Source of the DNA: Bacilli bacterium
GTDB lineage: Bacteria; Bacillota_I; Bacilli_A; RFN20; CAG-826
Assembly (NCBI GenBank): GCA_017447165.1
Contig: JAFSOD010000004.1
Coordinates: forward strand, 179,267-243,266
Length of the DNA stretch: 64,000 nt
Direction of reading: 5' to 3'
A program made the position numbers and the translations under genes. The number at the start of each line of letters is the position of its first letter. Position 1 is the stretch's first letter. Shown here piece by piece: positions 18,390 through 28,974 of the stretch. The notes beneath the pieces were generated by a model. The model ran no database searches and had not been told where the DNA came from. It saw only the letters and a list, made by a program, of their open reading frames with translations.

Positions 18390-20381
18390 TTACAAAATTT
18401 GCGCCTTTATTTCTAAAATAATGTCTCTAAGTTCTGCAGCTTTTTCAAAGTCATATTCCTTGGCAGCTTGTCGCATTTGCTTTTCAAGTTCTTTAACTCT
18501 AATTTCCATCTCTTTGCGACTTCCTTTTTTGGTGAGTTTAATCATATCAGAGATTTCATCATCACTATTATGGATTGGAGGTCTAATTTCTTTAACAATA
18601 GTTCTAGGGATAATACCATTTTCTTCGTTATAGGCTTCTTGAATCGCTCTTCTACGATTAGTTTCATCAATTGCAGCCTTCATAGAATCAGTCATATTAT
18701 CTGCATACATAATAACTAAACCGTTTTGGTTACGAGACGCTCTACCAATAACTTGGATTAAACTTCTTGTGCTTCTTAAGAAGCCTTCTTTATCTGCATC
18801 TAAAATAGAAATTAAAGATACTTCAGGAATATCTAGACCTTCTCTTAAAAGATTAATACCCACTAAAACATCATATTTGCCTTTACGAAGTTGATAAATA
18901 ATCTCACTTCTTTCAAGAGTTTTGGTCTCGTGATGTAGATAAACAACCTTAATTCCTCTTTCTTTTAAATATTGTGTGAGGTCTTCCGCCATTTTGACGG
19001 TTAAAGTCACTAGCATTACTCTTTCGTTACGTTCAGTTCTCTTTTTAATTTCAAAAAGAATGTCATCAATCTGGCCTCTAGTTGGACTAATTTTGATATG
19101 TGGATCAAGTAAACCGGTTGGTCTAATGATTTGTTCAGCGATTGGAGCGTCAGTTTTATTTAACTCGTAGTCTCCAGGAGTGGCGCTAGTGCAAATCACT
19201 TGAGGAATGAGTTTTTCAAATTCTTCAAAATTAAGTGGTCTATTATCTAACGCACTAGGTAATCTAAATCCATATTCCACAAGAGTCTCTTTACGGCTTC
19301 TATCTCCGTTATACATCCCTCTAATTTGAGGAAGAGAAACGTGAGATTCATCCACGAACAAGACAAAGTCTTCTGGAAAATAATCTAGCAAACAGAATGG
19401 TCTTTGACCTGGTTTTCTTTTATCGATATGTCTAGAGTAATTTTCTATACCAGGACACATCCCAAATTCTTCCATATTTTCCACATCTTGATTAGTTCTC
19501 ATCTCTAATCTTTCCGCTTCTAAAAGTTTTCCATTTTCGCGGAAATAATCTAAACGTTCTTTGAGCTCTTCTTTTATGGTTTTACAAGCTTCTTTGATTC
19601 TTTCTCTAGTTGAAGCATGGTCATAAGCAGGGAAAATTGGATAAGTATGATATGAGTGTTTAATCTCTCCGCTTAATAAATCCACTTCATAAATCTTTTC
19701 AATCTCATCACCAAAAGTATCGATACGGATTACAGTATGATCTTCAGCATTAGCAGGAACAATTTCAATGACGTCACCTCTCACTCTAAATGATCCTGGA
19801 GGGGTGTCTAAGTTATTTCTCTTGTACTGAGCATCCACAAGAGATTTATAGAACTCTTGACGATTGATTTCTTCACCAACTCTTATCTCAAATACTAACC
19901 TACGATATTCATCTGGATCAGTTAAACCGTAGATAGAGGCTACAGAGGCCACAACAATGGTGTCTCTTCTTTCTAAAATTGAGTTAATCGCGCTAGTTCT
20001 GAGCATTTCAATCTCATCATTCATCACTGCATTTTTATCAATGTAGGTATCGCTTTTAGGAATGTAGGCTTCAGGTTGATAAAAATCAAAGTTAGAGACA
20101 AAATACTCCACTCTATTATGAGGGAAAAGTTCTTTGAATTCAGAGTATAGTTGACCCGCTAAAGTTTTGTTATGAACCAACACCAAAGCAGGGCGTTGAA
20201 CGGACTGGATAATATTGGCCATAGTAAAGGTCTTACCAGTGCCAGTAGCACCTAATAATACTTGAAGCTTCTTTCCTTCGTTTAGACCTTTAACTAACTG
20301 AGTAATTGCAGTAGGCTGATCGCCTGTCGGTTTAAAGTTAGAAACGATTTCAAATTTATGTGAATTATCAATATTTTTCAC
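18390..20381 (-). CDS. uvrB: excinuclease ABC subunit B
   Basis: 663 aa. [18 protein letters not shown], helicase motifs and a C-terminal UvrB/UvrC interaction domain. Confidence 0.95.
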   Translation of the reverse strand: MKNIDNSHKFEIVSNFKPTGDQPTAITQLVKGLNEGKKLQVLLGATGTGKTFTMANIIQSVQRPALVLVHNKTLAGQLYSEFKELFPHNRVEYFVSNFDFYQPEAYIPKSDTYIDKNAVMNDEIEMLRTSAINSILERRDTIVVASVASIYGLTDPDEYRRLVFEIRVGEEINRQEFYKSLVDAQYKRNNLDTPPGSFRVRGDVIEIVPANAEDHTVIRIDTFGDEIEKIYEVDLLSGEIKHSYHTYPIFPAYDHASTRERIKEACKTIKEELKERLDYFRENGKLLEAERLEMRTNQDVENMEEFGMCPGIENYSRHIDKRKPGQRPFCLLDYFPEDFVLFVDESHVSLPQIRGMYNGDRSRKETLVEYGFRLPSALDNRPLNFEEFEKLIPQVICTSATPGDYELNKTDAPIAEQIIRPTGLLDPHIKISPTRGQIDDILFEIKKRTERNERVMLVTLTVKMAEDLTQYLKERGIKVVYLHHETKTLERSEIIYQLRKGKYDVLVGINLLREGLDIPEVSLISILDADKEGFLRSTRSLIQVIGRASRNQNGLVIMYADNMTDSMKAAIDETNRRRAIQEAYNEENGIIPRTIVKEIRPPIHNSDDEISDMIKLTKKGSRKEMEIRVKELEKQMRQAAKEYDFEKAAELRDIILEIKAQIL

Positions 20382-20390
20382 TCAAAACTC

Positions 20391-21335
20391 CTATTTTTTT
20401 ACTTTTTTATTCTTTTTAGTATGCTTTTTAAATCCTTCTCCAAAGACAGCGTTTGTTTGGGTATAAGTCACAAAAGCTTTAGGATCTACAGAAGCAATAT
20501 AGCGTTTAATTTTTTCATATTGCATCTTATCAAACACCACTCTTAAAATGACTCTTTCTTCTCCCTTGTAGCCACCTTCAGCGCGTATGATTGTAGCGCC
20601 TCTTTCAAGCTCATCTTGAGCGTATCTAGAAATGTCTTCCCACTTATCGGAAATAATATCAACTTGATAAGCAGTTTGATTCTTAATATAAACAATTTCA
20701 ATTAAAACAGCAGTGACAAAGCTAGATAAAATACCACATAATGCCGCAACCCAAAGCTGCATTGTAGCCATACCAACAACAATAACGAGTCCATCAATCA
20801 TAAATGAAGAAATTGATTCTTTAATACCTGCATATTTTGAAAGCAAAACTTGCACTACATCGACACCGCCTGTTGATCCTCCTCCAAGGAAAGTAATAGC
20901 GACACCACCACCAATGAAAACACCACCAAAAATACCACATAATATGAGGTTTCCTGCTGCTTGTTCACCGGCGAATGTAATTGCAAGTTCGTCGAAGAAA
21001 GCCACTCTTTTAAATAAGAATGTAAAGCCAATATATAAAGCAGAAGACAAAGCAGTTTTTAATGCAAAGTCTTTTCCAACAAATATTAAACCTAGTAACC
21101 AGAAGAATACTGTTAATCCTGCTACAAGATAATCGTAGATTTGTACATCGACAAAGTGCTGAATAATAATCGCAATACCACTAATTCCACCAGCAACAAG
21201 TTCGGCTTTGGTTAAGAAAATTACAGAGCCAAATGATAATAAGAATGTGCCAAGGATAACTGCAATATAATTTGATGTTTGTTTTAAGACTAATTTTTTA
21301 TCCATTTTTCTTTGCCTCCATTTGTAGATATGCAT
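20391..21335 (-). CDS. YitT-family membrane protein (DUF161 plus DUF2179)
   Basis: 314 aa with a multi-TM N-terminal domain and soluble C-terminal domain. Confidence 0.7.
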   Translation of the reverse strand: MHIYKWRQRKMDKKLVLKQTSNYIAVILGTFLLSFGSVIFLTKAELVAGGISGIAIIIQHFVDVQIYDYLVAGLTVFFWLLGLIFVGKDFALKTALSSALYIGFTFLFKRVAFFDELAITFAGEQAAGNLILCGIFGGVFIGGGVAITFLGGGSTGGVDVVQVLLSKYAGIKESISSFMIDGLVIVVGMATMQLWVAALCGILSSFVTAVLIEIVYIKNQTAYQVDIISDKWEDISRYAQDELERGATIIRAEGGYKGEERVILRVVFDKMQYEKIKRYIASVDPKAFVTYTQTNAVFGEGFKKHTKKNKKVKK

Positions 21336-22402
21336 ATAAGAAGTTATCGATGTTTCCGTTCATTACTCCTTCAACATCAACTTCTTCATAATTTGTTCTA
21401 TTATCTTTCACTAATGTATATGGACAGAAAACGTACGAGCGAATTTGACTACCCCATTCAATGTTTTTCTTTTCACCGACAATTGAGTTAAGTTCATTAT
21501 TTCTTTTTTCGACTTCTAATAAATACAATTTGCTTTTCAACATCGCCATCGCAGTTTCTTTATTAGATAATTGGCTTCTTTCAACTTGGCAAGACACTAC
21601 TATTCCTGTAGGTAAGTGGGTGATTCTCACTGCGGTTTCCACTTTGTTGACATTTTGTCCACCAGCGCCACCACTACGGTAAGTATCAATTTTTAAATCC
21701 GATTCACTAATTTCAATATTAATTGAGTCATTTTGAAATTCAGGAATAACATTCACACTAGCAAAGCTAGTATGTCTTCTTTTATTCGCATCAAAAGGAG
21801 AGATTCTTACTAATCTATGAACACCTTTTTCTCCTTTTAATAAACCATAAGCGTGTTTACCGGCAATCTTAATAGTGACACTTTTTAATCCTGCTTCTTC
21901 ACCAGGTTCATAAGAGATAAGTTGCATCTTAAATCGATGCGCTTCCGCATATAAAACGTACATGCGATATAACATGTCCGCCCAGTCTTGTGCTTCTGTA
22001 CCACCTGCGCCTGGATGAATTTCAATAATCGCGTTAAGATTATCAAACTCACCACTAAATAAACGGTCTACTTCGAATTCATTAACTTCTTTTTTTAAAT
22101 CTTCAAAGGACTCGGAAATGGATTCAAGCAAAGATTCATCTCCTAAATCTAAAAGTTCCACTAAGTCAGTATAAGTGGAGGAAATAGATTTATAGGAATC
22201 ATAAGTTGATCGACTGGAATTGAGTCGATTAATAATCTCTAAAGCTTCGCTTCTTTTATTCCAGAAATCTGGAGATTCACTTTTTTCAGTTAATTCTTTA
22301 ATTTCAGTTTCTAATTTTGCGAGGTCAAAGAGAAGACCCGAGTTGACGGATTTTCTCGCCAACAGCACCAAGTTCCTGTCTTAAAGCAACAAGGTCTTTC
22401 AT
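21298..22402 (-). CDS. prfB: peptide chain release factor 2, with programmed +1 frameshift
   Basis: ATG at 22402 gives [25 protein letters not shown] then CTT TGA C at about 22325-22330. The +1 frame continues [12 protein letters not shown]... and carries the SPF and GGQ motifs. The start overlaps the secA stop. Confidence 0.9.
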
Positions 22403-24858
22403 TATTCTTTCTTCTCCTCGACTTCAGCGTCGATGACGTCACCTTTATTTTCTTGAGGTGCTTCTTCTACTGGTTTCTTTTCAACTTTAACATTAACAAG
22501 ATTTAAAACAGCATCAACAGAGGCAATGTTTAAACATTCTCTAAACATTTTATAGCCTTCGTTAACATAGTCTTGAAGTGGGTTGACATTCGCGTAGCTT
22601 CTTAAGTGAATACCTTCTCTTAATCTCGCCATCGCATCAATATGTTTGGTCCAGTTTTGGTCAATGCATCTTAAGATAAAGTTTCTCTCAATGTTTTGAG
22701 CGAGGTCTTCTGGCCATTCTTTTCTTCTTTCAAGATAATAATCTTGAATTGCCTCACCTAAATCTGGTCCACATTCTTCGGGATAAGATTCATCAAAGGC
22801 GACAGCGTTTAAAGATCCTGCTGGTAAGAAACGAGGCTCAACTTCTTTTAAGAGGAGTTCACCACTAACCAAGTTAGAGTTAGACCCCACTGGAACGGCT
22901 TTTTGAGATAAGAATTCGCCTGTAGTCTTAAAGACTTCATCAATAATGTCTTGAATATTCTTGCCTTCAATAATACGGTCACGTTTGTCATAGACAATTT
23001 GTCTTTGTTTGGCTAAAACGTCATCATATTCAAGTAAAGATTTACGAGTGTCAAAGTTTTGTCCTTCGATTCTCTTTTGAGCGGAGGTAATAACTCCAGA
23101 TACCAGTCTTGCTTCAAGAGCTTCTTCTCCGAAGTTCTTTTCAATATAGTTACGCATATTATCCGCAGCGAAACGAATTAATAATTCGTCATCAAAGGAA
23201 ACATAGAATCTGGAGAATCCTGGATCACCTTGACGTCCACTACGACCACGTAATTGGTTATCAATACGTCTAGATTCATGTCTTTCAGTACCCAAAACAC
23301 ATAAACCTGAAAAGTTGTAATAGCCTTTCTTCTCAAGCTCCTTTTTCTTATCTTCTGGGACTGTGGATTCTAAGTTTCTGACTTCGTCAACAATTTTAAT
23401 ATCAGTACCACGACCTGCCATGTTAGTAGCAAGGGTGATAGAACCTTTTCTACCAGCATCTTTAATAATTTCCGCTTCACGAGCGTGGTTTTTAGCATTC
23501 AACATTTCGTGTTGTAAGCCAGCCGCAGTTAATAAAGCAGAGATTTCTTCGGAAGATTCAACTGAGACAGTACCAATTAAAATTGGTTGACCGATTTCAT
23601 GTCTCACTTTAACTTCTTCCACCAAGGCTCTTAATTTTGGTCCTTTATGTGCATAGATATAATCAAGTGCGTCCACACGAGCGATAGGTCTATTTGGTGG
23701 AACACAAACAACACGCATGTTGTAGATTTTTCTAAATTCTTCTTCTTCAGTTTTAGCGGTACCAGTCATACCTGCCATCTTCTTATATAGACGGAAGAAG
23801 TTTTGATATGTAATAGTGGCTAAAGTTGTGGTTTCTTGTTTGATTTCCACATTTTCTTTAGCTTGAACAGCTTGATGTAAACCATCACTCCATTCTCTTC
23901 CCGGAAGGACACGGCCAGTAAATTGGTCAATGATTTGCACTTGTCCTTCGGCATCGACTAAATAGTCGACATCTCTAAACATAATATAGTTCGCTCTTAA
24001 AGCGTTATGGATTCTATGGACTAAATCAGCGAATTCTGGATCATATAAATTTTTGATGCCAAACATTCTATCTGCTTTAGCGTTACCTTCATCAGTTAAG
24101 TTAACAGTCTTATCTTTAACGTCAACAACAAAGTCGACATCTTTCTTTAAGGCCTTAACAAATCTATCGGCAACTGTATATTGAGAGGCGCTGGCTCTAG
24201 CACCACCAGAAATAATAAGAGGGGTTCTAGATTCATCGATCAAGATGGAGTCAGCTTCGTCAACAATACAGAAATTGAGCCCTCTTAAAACTCTATTTTG
24301 CATAGAAGTCGCCATGTTATCTCTTAAGTAGTCGAAACCTAATTCAGAGTTTGTGGTATATGTGATATCACATAAATAAGCTTCTTTCTTTTCAGAAGTA
24401 GTCTTTGTTCTTAAGTTAACTCCAACAGTTAAACCTAAGAATCTATAAATTTGGCCCATCCAGTTCGCGTCACGTTCTGATAAGTATTCGTTAACAGTAA
24501 CAACGTGAACGCCATTACCAGCTAAGGCGTTTAAATAAACTGCCATAGTGGCTGTTAAGGTTTTACCTTCACCAGTTTTCATTTCCGCGACATCGCCAGA
24601 ATGTAAAACTAATGAACCAATAATTTGAACTTTGTATGGGAATTCCGCAAGTGTACGTCTAGCTGCTTCTCTAGCGACGGCAAATGCTTCGATTTTGATA
24701 TCGTCTAAAGTCTTTCCGTTAGCGAGTAACTCTTTAAAGTATGGAGTCTTCGCTCTTAATTCATCATCGCTTAGGGCTTTCATCGATTCTTCTAAGGCGA
24801 TAACCTTATCCGCAATCTTTGAATATTTTTTAAGCGCCATTTTGTCAAATAAGCCCAT
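22402..24858 (-). CDS. secA: preprotein translocase ATPase SecA
   Basis: 818 aa with canonical SecA motifs (MKTGEGKTLTATM, DEAD-like) throughout. Confidence 0.95.
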   Translation of the reverse strand: MGLFDKMALKKYSKIADKVIALEESMKALSDDELRAKTPYFKELLANGKTLDDIKIEAFAVAREAARRTLAEFPYKVQIIGSLVLHSGDVAEMKTGEGKTLTATMAVYLNALAGNGVHVVTVNEYLSERDANWMGQIYRFLGLTVGVNLRTKTTSEKKEAYLCDITYTTNSELGFDYLRDNMATSMQNRVLRGLNFCIVDEADSILIDESRTPLIISGGARASASQYTVADRFVKALKKDVDFVVDVKDKTVNLTDEGNAKADRMFGIKNLYDPEFADLVHRIHNALRANYIMFRDVDYLVDAEGQVQIIDQFTGRVLPGREWSDGLHQAVQAKENVEIKQETTTLATITYQNFFRLYKKMAGMTGTAKTEEEEFRKIYNMRVVCVPPNRPIARVDALDYIYAHKGPKLRALVEEVKVRHEIGQPILIGTVSVESSEEISALLTAAGLQHEMLNAKNHAREAEIIKDAGRKGSITLATNMAGRGTDIKIVDEVRNLESTVPEDKKKELEKKGYYNFSGLCVLGTERHESRRIDNQLRGRSGRQGDPGFSRFYVSFDDELLIRFAADNMRNYIEKNFGEEALEARLVSGVITSAQKRIEGQNFDTRKSLLEYDDVLAKQRQIVYDKRDRIIEGKNIQDIIDEVFKTTGEFLSQKAVPVGSNSNLVSGELLLKEVEPRFLPAGSLNAVAFDESYPEECGPDLGEAIQDYYLERRKEWPEDLAQNIERNFILRCIDQNWTKHIDAMARLREGIHLRSYANVNPLQDYVNEGYKMFRECLNIASVDAVLNLVNVKVEKKPVEEAPQENKGDVIDAEVEEKKE

Positions 24859-24956
24859 AATAATACCTCCTAGTTTTCTTTAATTAATAAAGAATGGATT
24901 AAACATTCGCTAATTAATATATCATTTATGTATTAGTCTTGGCTAATACAAATTGT

Positions 24957-25583
24957 TTAATATTCTTCTTTCTTTTTCTTTTTGGTTTTCGCTATTACTA
25001 ATATTTCGATAGTTTTTGCTCCTTTGCTTCTTAATAAATCGATTGAAGTTAAAAGTGTGCTTCCTGTAGTCATAATGTCATCTACTAACAATATCTTTTT
25101 ACCCTTCATTGATATATTTTCATCTATTTCTAAAACATCATTTATCTTATGTCTTCCAAGTGAAGATTGATCAGACTGTTTATGCGCTGTTTTCTTCTTC
25201 AAAATGGGTAATTCTTTAAGCTTTAAACTCTCAAAAATCGCTTTTACGTGATTAAAACCACGCCGCTCATCATCAATGTGATAAGAAGGTATATAGACGA
25301 TATGATAACCATGATATTTTAACTTCAAAAAAGTTAGATATCGATCTAAGAAAACATCCTTTAATTCATAGTCATAACAACCTTTAAATTTATAGATTAA
25401 TTCCTTTATAAAATCTGTATATTCATAGACGGCTGTCCCTTTTATATTTCCTATTTCGAAAGACACAAATTTAGCCTGTAATTTACTAAAACAATCTCCA
25501 CATAAAATGTTCTTCCTTTTCAATAAGTTATATATGGAATTATCCGTTATTCTTTTAAAGCAAATTTTACAGAAATTATCCAT
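24957..25583 (-). CDS. comFC: competence protein ComFC (phosphoribosyltransferase-like)
   Basis: N-terminal CxxC...CxxC, C-terminal PRTase motif LLVDDIMTTGSTL. It overlaps the end of comFA. Confidence 0.85.
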   Translation of the reverse strand: MDNFCKICFKRITDNSIYNLLKRKNILCGDCFSKLQAKFVSFEIGNIKGTAVYEYTDFIKELIYKFKGCYDYELKDVFLDRYLTFLKLKYHGYHIVYIPSYHIDDERRGFNHVKAIFESLKLKELPILKKKTAHKQSDQSSLGRHKINDVLEIDENISMKGKKILLVDDIMTTGSTLLTSIDLLRSKGAKTIEILVIAKTKKKKKEEY

Positions 25584-26775
25584 TATCTAATGCCTCATTA
25601 TTCTTCTTTATTTCTTCTATAGATTCTTTAATATCGGAAGTCACTTTTTCGCATAGATAAATTACTTCTCCTTCTGGCGCATCAGCCTTTCTTCCCACTC
25701 GTCCTGCGATTTGAATTAAAGTGCCTTTTTCATATATTTTATGGTCAGTTTGACTGATAATTACCTGCAAATTCTTTACAGTTACCCCTCTTTCTAGTAC
25801 TGATGTAGTTACTAAATATGAAAATAAGTGATTACGAAATTCTTCGATTATTTCAGATCTATAATTCCTTTTAGAATGAACATAATTTCCACCTTTAACA
25901 AATAAGGAAATTACTCTATAGATTTTCTCACATAAATTAATGGTGGGAGCAAAAACAAATACAGGTTTGTTATTTTTCTTATATTCCTTTATTTTTCTAA
26001 TTAAATATAAGTATTGAAATAGCGTATTTCGTTTAACTATTTTGGGTATTGGAAGAGGATGACGATGAAAACGAACTTCTAATCTTAATATATCTTTGTT
26101 ATCTCCATGGAAATGATCTATTACTTCTTTAGATGGAGTGGCGGACATCATAACATAATGACCACACAAAGATTGATAGAACATGCTATGTAATGTTGGA
26201 TCATCTTTAAACGGAAAAGCGTCTATCTCATCTAGGATAATTAAAGAGAAATAATTCTTGTATCTATATAGTTGATGTGTGGTTAGGACAACTATATCGC
26301 CTTCTTTATCTTTTGTGTGCCCTCCATATAAGCAAACCACTTTGTTATATTTAAATATTTCTCTTAACCTATTATGTAATTCTATTGCAACATCTCTTCT
26401 AGGGAGCGCAAACGCGACCTTATCGCCACAATTAATTGCATATTTAATAATGTTGAGGCAAATTTCAGTCTTTCCTGATCCACATACAGCAAAAACAAGA
26501 CTATCTATTCCTTTCTTATAGTTCTCCACTAACTTATCGGATAATTCTTTCTGTTCTGGAGATAGCTCGTACTCTAAATGAATAGGTGCTTTCTTGGGAT
26601 AAGATGGCTTATGTTCTACTTCTTCACCACGAAAAGAGATACACCTACGACAATAGGGTTTGCCATTAAGATATCCAATTGAATGTATATCGGTGTTACC
26701 ACAAATAGGGCATTTATAAGTTTCTATGTTGCAACATCTCCTTTCTTTTGATTTAATATTTATACAACCTGTCAC
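25576..26775 (-). CDS. comFA: competence helicase ComFA (zinc finger plus DEAD-box helicase)
   Basis: 4-Cys zinc finger CPICGNTD...CRRC, Walker A AVCGSGKTE, DEID, SAT and helicase C motifs. The annotated start is GTG at 26775. The position that is ATG in the paralogous copies is ATA here (26725-26727). Confidence 0.85.
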   Translation of the reverse strand: MTGCINIKSKERRCCNIETYKCPICGNTDIHSIGYLNGKPYCRRCISFRGEEVEHKPSYPKKAPIHLEYELSPEQKELSDKLVENYKKGIDSLVFAVCGSGKTEICLNIIKYAINCGDKVAFALPRRDVAIELHNRLREIFKYNKVVCLYGGHTKDKEGDIVVLTTHQLYRYKNYFSLIILDEIDAFPFKDDPTLHSMFYQSLCGHYVMMSATPSKEVIDHFHGDNKDILRLEVRFHRHPLPIPKIVKRNTLFQYLYLIRKIKEYKKNNKPVFVFAPTINLCEKIYRVISLFVKGGNYVHSKRNYRSEIIEEFRNHLFSYLVTTSVLERGVTVKNLQVIISQTDHKIYEKGTLIQIAGRVGRKADAPEGEVIYLCEKVTSDIKESIEEIKKNNEALDNG

Positions 26776-26938
26776 GCAGAGCTAAATAGGCTCAGACAGG
26801 TTTTTATTTTAACTTAACAGGTTTTCTTCTTTTTATAATTCTTATTGTCAATCTATCATCAGGGTGTATTTTCATACCAATCAATTCTCTTGATCCAAAA
26901 TGCTTACGTTTACCCTGAACAGGTCTATTGTTCACAAA

Positions 26939-27127
26939 CTAAGCCTTAACTTTATTTTCGGTAGGATGTTTTAGTTTTGTCTGATGTCTATGTTGAGATG
27001 TTCCTGTGATAACAGCAATATAAATGTTCTTTTTATCATTCTTTAAAACAATTAAACCAGGGTGTTTGTTTACTATATAAAATTTTCCTTTTTCTAAATG
27101 TTTGTTATAAATCTTTTTCTTACTCAT
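26939..27127 (-). CDS. small basic protein, family A (short form), cassette 1
   Basis: 62 aa MSKKKIYNKHLEKGKFYIVNKHPGLIVLKNDKKNIYIAVITGTS..., homologous to the 29037-29441 product. SD AGGAGGAAAT precedes it. Confidence 0.5.
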   Translation of the reverse strand: MSKKKIYNKHLEKGKFYIVNKHPGLIVLKNDKKNIYIAVITGTSQHRHQTKLKHPTENKVKA

Positions 27128-27142
27128 ATTTCCTCCTTTCTG

Positions 27143-27424
27143 TTATGTATTTCGTGTTTTTGGGGATCCACATACGGCAAAAACTAAACTATCAATTCCT
27201 TTTTTATAATTCTCTACCAGCCTATCTGATAATTCTTTTTGCTCTGGAGACAACTCATATTCAAGATGAATAGGTGCTTTCTTTGGGTAAGATGGTTTAT
27301 GTTCTACTTCTTCGCCTCGAAAAGAGATGCATCTACGACAATAAGGTTTGCCGTTTAGATAGCCAATAGAATGAATATCAGTGTTGCCACAAACTGGACA
27401 AGTAAATGAAAGCTGGTTATCCAT
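27143..27424 (-). CDS. stand-alone ComFA N-terminal zinc-finger domain paralog (ends at the Walker-A position), cassette 1
   Basis: 93 aa. It is identical to ComFA residues 22-100 or so except K to R, yet its DNA differs at about 15-20% of positions, almost all synonymous. It ends ...AVCGSPKTRNT*. Its ATG overlaps the stop of the upstream small ORF. Confidence 0.6.
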   Translation of the reverse strand: MDNQLSFTCPVCGNTDIHSIGYLNGKPYCRRCISFRGEEVEHKPSYPKKAPIHLEYELSPEQKELSDRLVENYKKGIDSLVFAVCGSPKTRNT

Positions 27425-27821
27425 TTTTCTTGCCTTTCTTTTTATGTTTTGATTTAATACTGGTAGATGGTGTGCGCCCTTTCTGGGTTAAAGCTTCATT
27501 CGTTAGCTTTCCACCATTTTTTCTTTGCTCTTTAATTAGTGAAACATATACATCTATTTTTATTTCATCGGAAACTACTAAACGATACTTTTTAAGTTCT
27601 TGTCCTCTATGTCGGAGTTTATCTTTTCTTATATACTTTCTGAAATAAGATTTCTTGTCTGAATTGGGATTTGGATTTACATCAAATTCTTCATAATTTC
27701 CAGTTACAGTTGGACTATCAGTTATTTCGATATTTTCCCATGTTCCATCTTCTAGAACACTGATTTCTATTGATGGGTGGTATTTAGTTCTTTTGTTTTT
27801 AAATATTTTATATTTATTCAT
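27417..27821 (-). CDS. small basic protein, family B, cassette 2
   Basis: 134 aa. Shares motifs KxHPSIE..., NPNP and RKY(I/L)RKD...RGQ with the 28361-28687 product. Confidence 0.5.
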   Translation of the reverse strand: MNKYKIFKNKRTKYHPSIEISVLEDGTWENIEITDSPTVTGNYEEFDVNPNPNSDKKSYFRKYIRKDKLRHRGQELKKYRLVVSDEIKIDVYVSLIKEQRKNGGKLTNEALTQKGRTPSTSIKSKHKKKGKKNG

Positions 27822-27840
27822 GTATCAATTCCTTTCTATG

Positions 27841-28113
27841 TTATGGATTTGTTGTTTTTGGTGATCCACATACGGCAAAAACAAGACTATCTAAGCCTTT
27901 TTTGTAATTCTCAACTAACTTATCCGATAGTACTTTTTGCTCTGGAAACAGTTCGTACTCTAAATGAATAGGCGCCTTTTTAGGGTATGATGTTTTGTGT
28001 TCCACTTCTTCACCTTTAAAAGAGATACACCTACGGCAATAAAGTTTGCCGTTCAACATACCAATTGAATGAATATCAGTGTTACCACATACAGGACATT
28101 TATAAGGTTCCAT
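27841..28113 (-). CDS. stand-alone ComFA N-terminal zinc-finger domain paralog, cassette 2
   Basis: 90 aa MEPYKCPVCGNTD...CRRC...AVCGSPKTTNP*, about 90% identical to the ComFA N-terminus. It has its own SD AAAGGTGA. Confidence 0.6.
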   Translation of the reverse strand: MEPYKCPVCGNTDIHSIGMLNGKLYCRRCISFKGEEVEHKTSYPKKAPIHLEYELFPEQKVLSDKLVENYKKGLDSLVFAVCGSPKTTNP

Positions 28114-28142
28114 ATTGAATTATCACCTTTCTTTTGATTTAA

Positions 28143-28226
28143 AATAGCCATAGTCGTGGTCATCACTAGTTTGATGCCGGCCCACAGGAAGCTGTGTAGC
28201 TCCATTAACGGGGCTTTTTATTTTTA
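28143..28226. repeat. structured element copy 1 (two hairpins plus GC stem and U-run on the plus strand)
   Basis: GGTCATCActagttTGATGCC, then CACAGgaagCTGTG, then AGCTCCattaacGGGGCT followed by TTTTTATTTTT. It is homologous to 28975-29062 with compensatory changes in the middle stem. Confidence 0.5.
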
Positions 28227-28360
28227 CGGTTTTATAATATTTGCCATATATTGGGCATTTATAAGTTTCTATATTGCGTTACCTCCTTAATTTTGTTTTA
28301 ATATTTGTAGTTAGTGCTATCGGTTAATCCGACCAAAGCCCAAGTTTAGTAGGTTTTACA

Positions 28361-28687
28361 CTAACTTTTTTTGTTGTTTAAATAGTTTTCAATTTCAATT
28401 AAATCATCTTCTGATAGGTTGAATTTTTCCAAAAGTTGACCTCTTGTTTTAATTGGATCCTTTCTTAAATACTTTCTAACATATGCTTTATCATTTCTTT
28501 TTGGATTCGGATTTACTTTAAGCTCAATATATCTGTTCTTCTTAGTGGGGCTTGAAGTTACTTCTAAATTAATCCAAATAGTTCCGTTTGAATCTACTTC
28601 TATGCTTGGATGATTTTTTGTTTTTCTGTTTTTATAGAATTTGAATTTTTTGCTCATTTGACACCTCCTTTTTGTTATGGTTTTCAA
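28361..28687 (-). CDS. small basic protein, family B, cassette 3
   Basis: 108 aa. Same family as the 27417-27821 product. Confidence 0.5.
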   Translation of the reverse strand: MKTITKRRCQMSKKFKFYKNRKTKNHPSIEVDSNGTIWINLEVTSSPTKKNRYIELKVNPNPKRNDKAYVRKYLRKDPIKTRGQLLEKFNLSEDDLIEIENYLNNKKS

Positions 28688-28694
28688 GTCTTTG

Positions 28695-28952
28695 GTGATC
28701 CTTATATCGCATAAACTAAATTATCTATCCCTTTCTTATAGTTCTCCACTAACTTATCCGATAGTTCTTTCTGCTCAGGGGGACAACTCATACGATAAGT
28801 GAATTGGGGCCTTACGATATGAAGGCTTATGTTCCACTGCTTAACCCTTAAAATAGATACATCTTCGGGAGTAATGTTTGCCGTTTAGGTATCCTATTGA
28901 ATGAATACCAATGTTTCCACAAACTGGGCATTTATATGTTTCGATATTGCAT
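28695..28952 (-). pseudogene. degraded comFA 5' copy (zinc-finger fragment with frameshifts), cassette 3
   Basis: Nucleotide homology to comFA codons 1-90 runs through the conserved junction GGTGATCC..., but indels break the reading frame. The ORF track finds no ORF over 60 aa here. Confidence 0.55.
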
Positions 28953-28974
28953 CATCTCCTTAAATTTGATTTAA

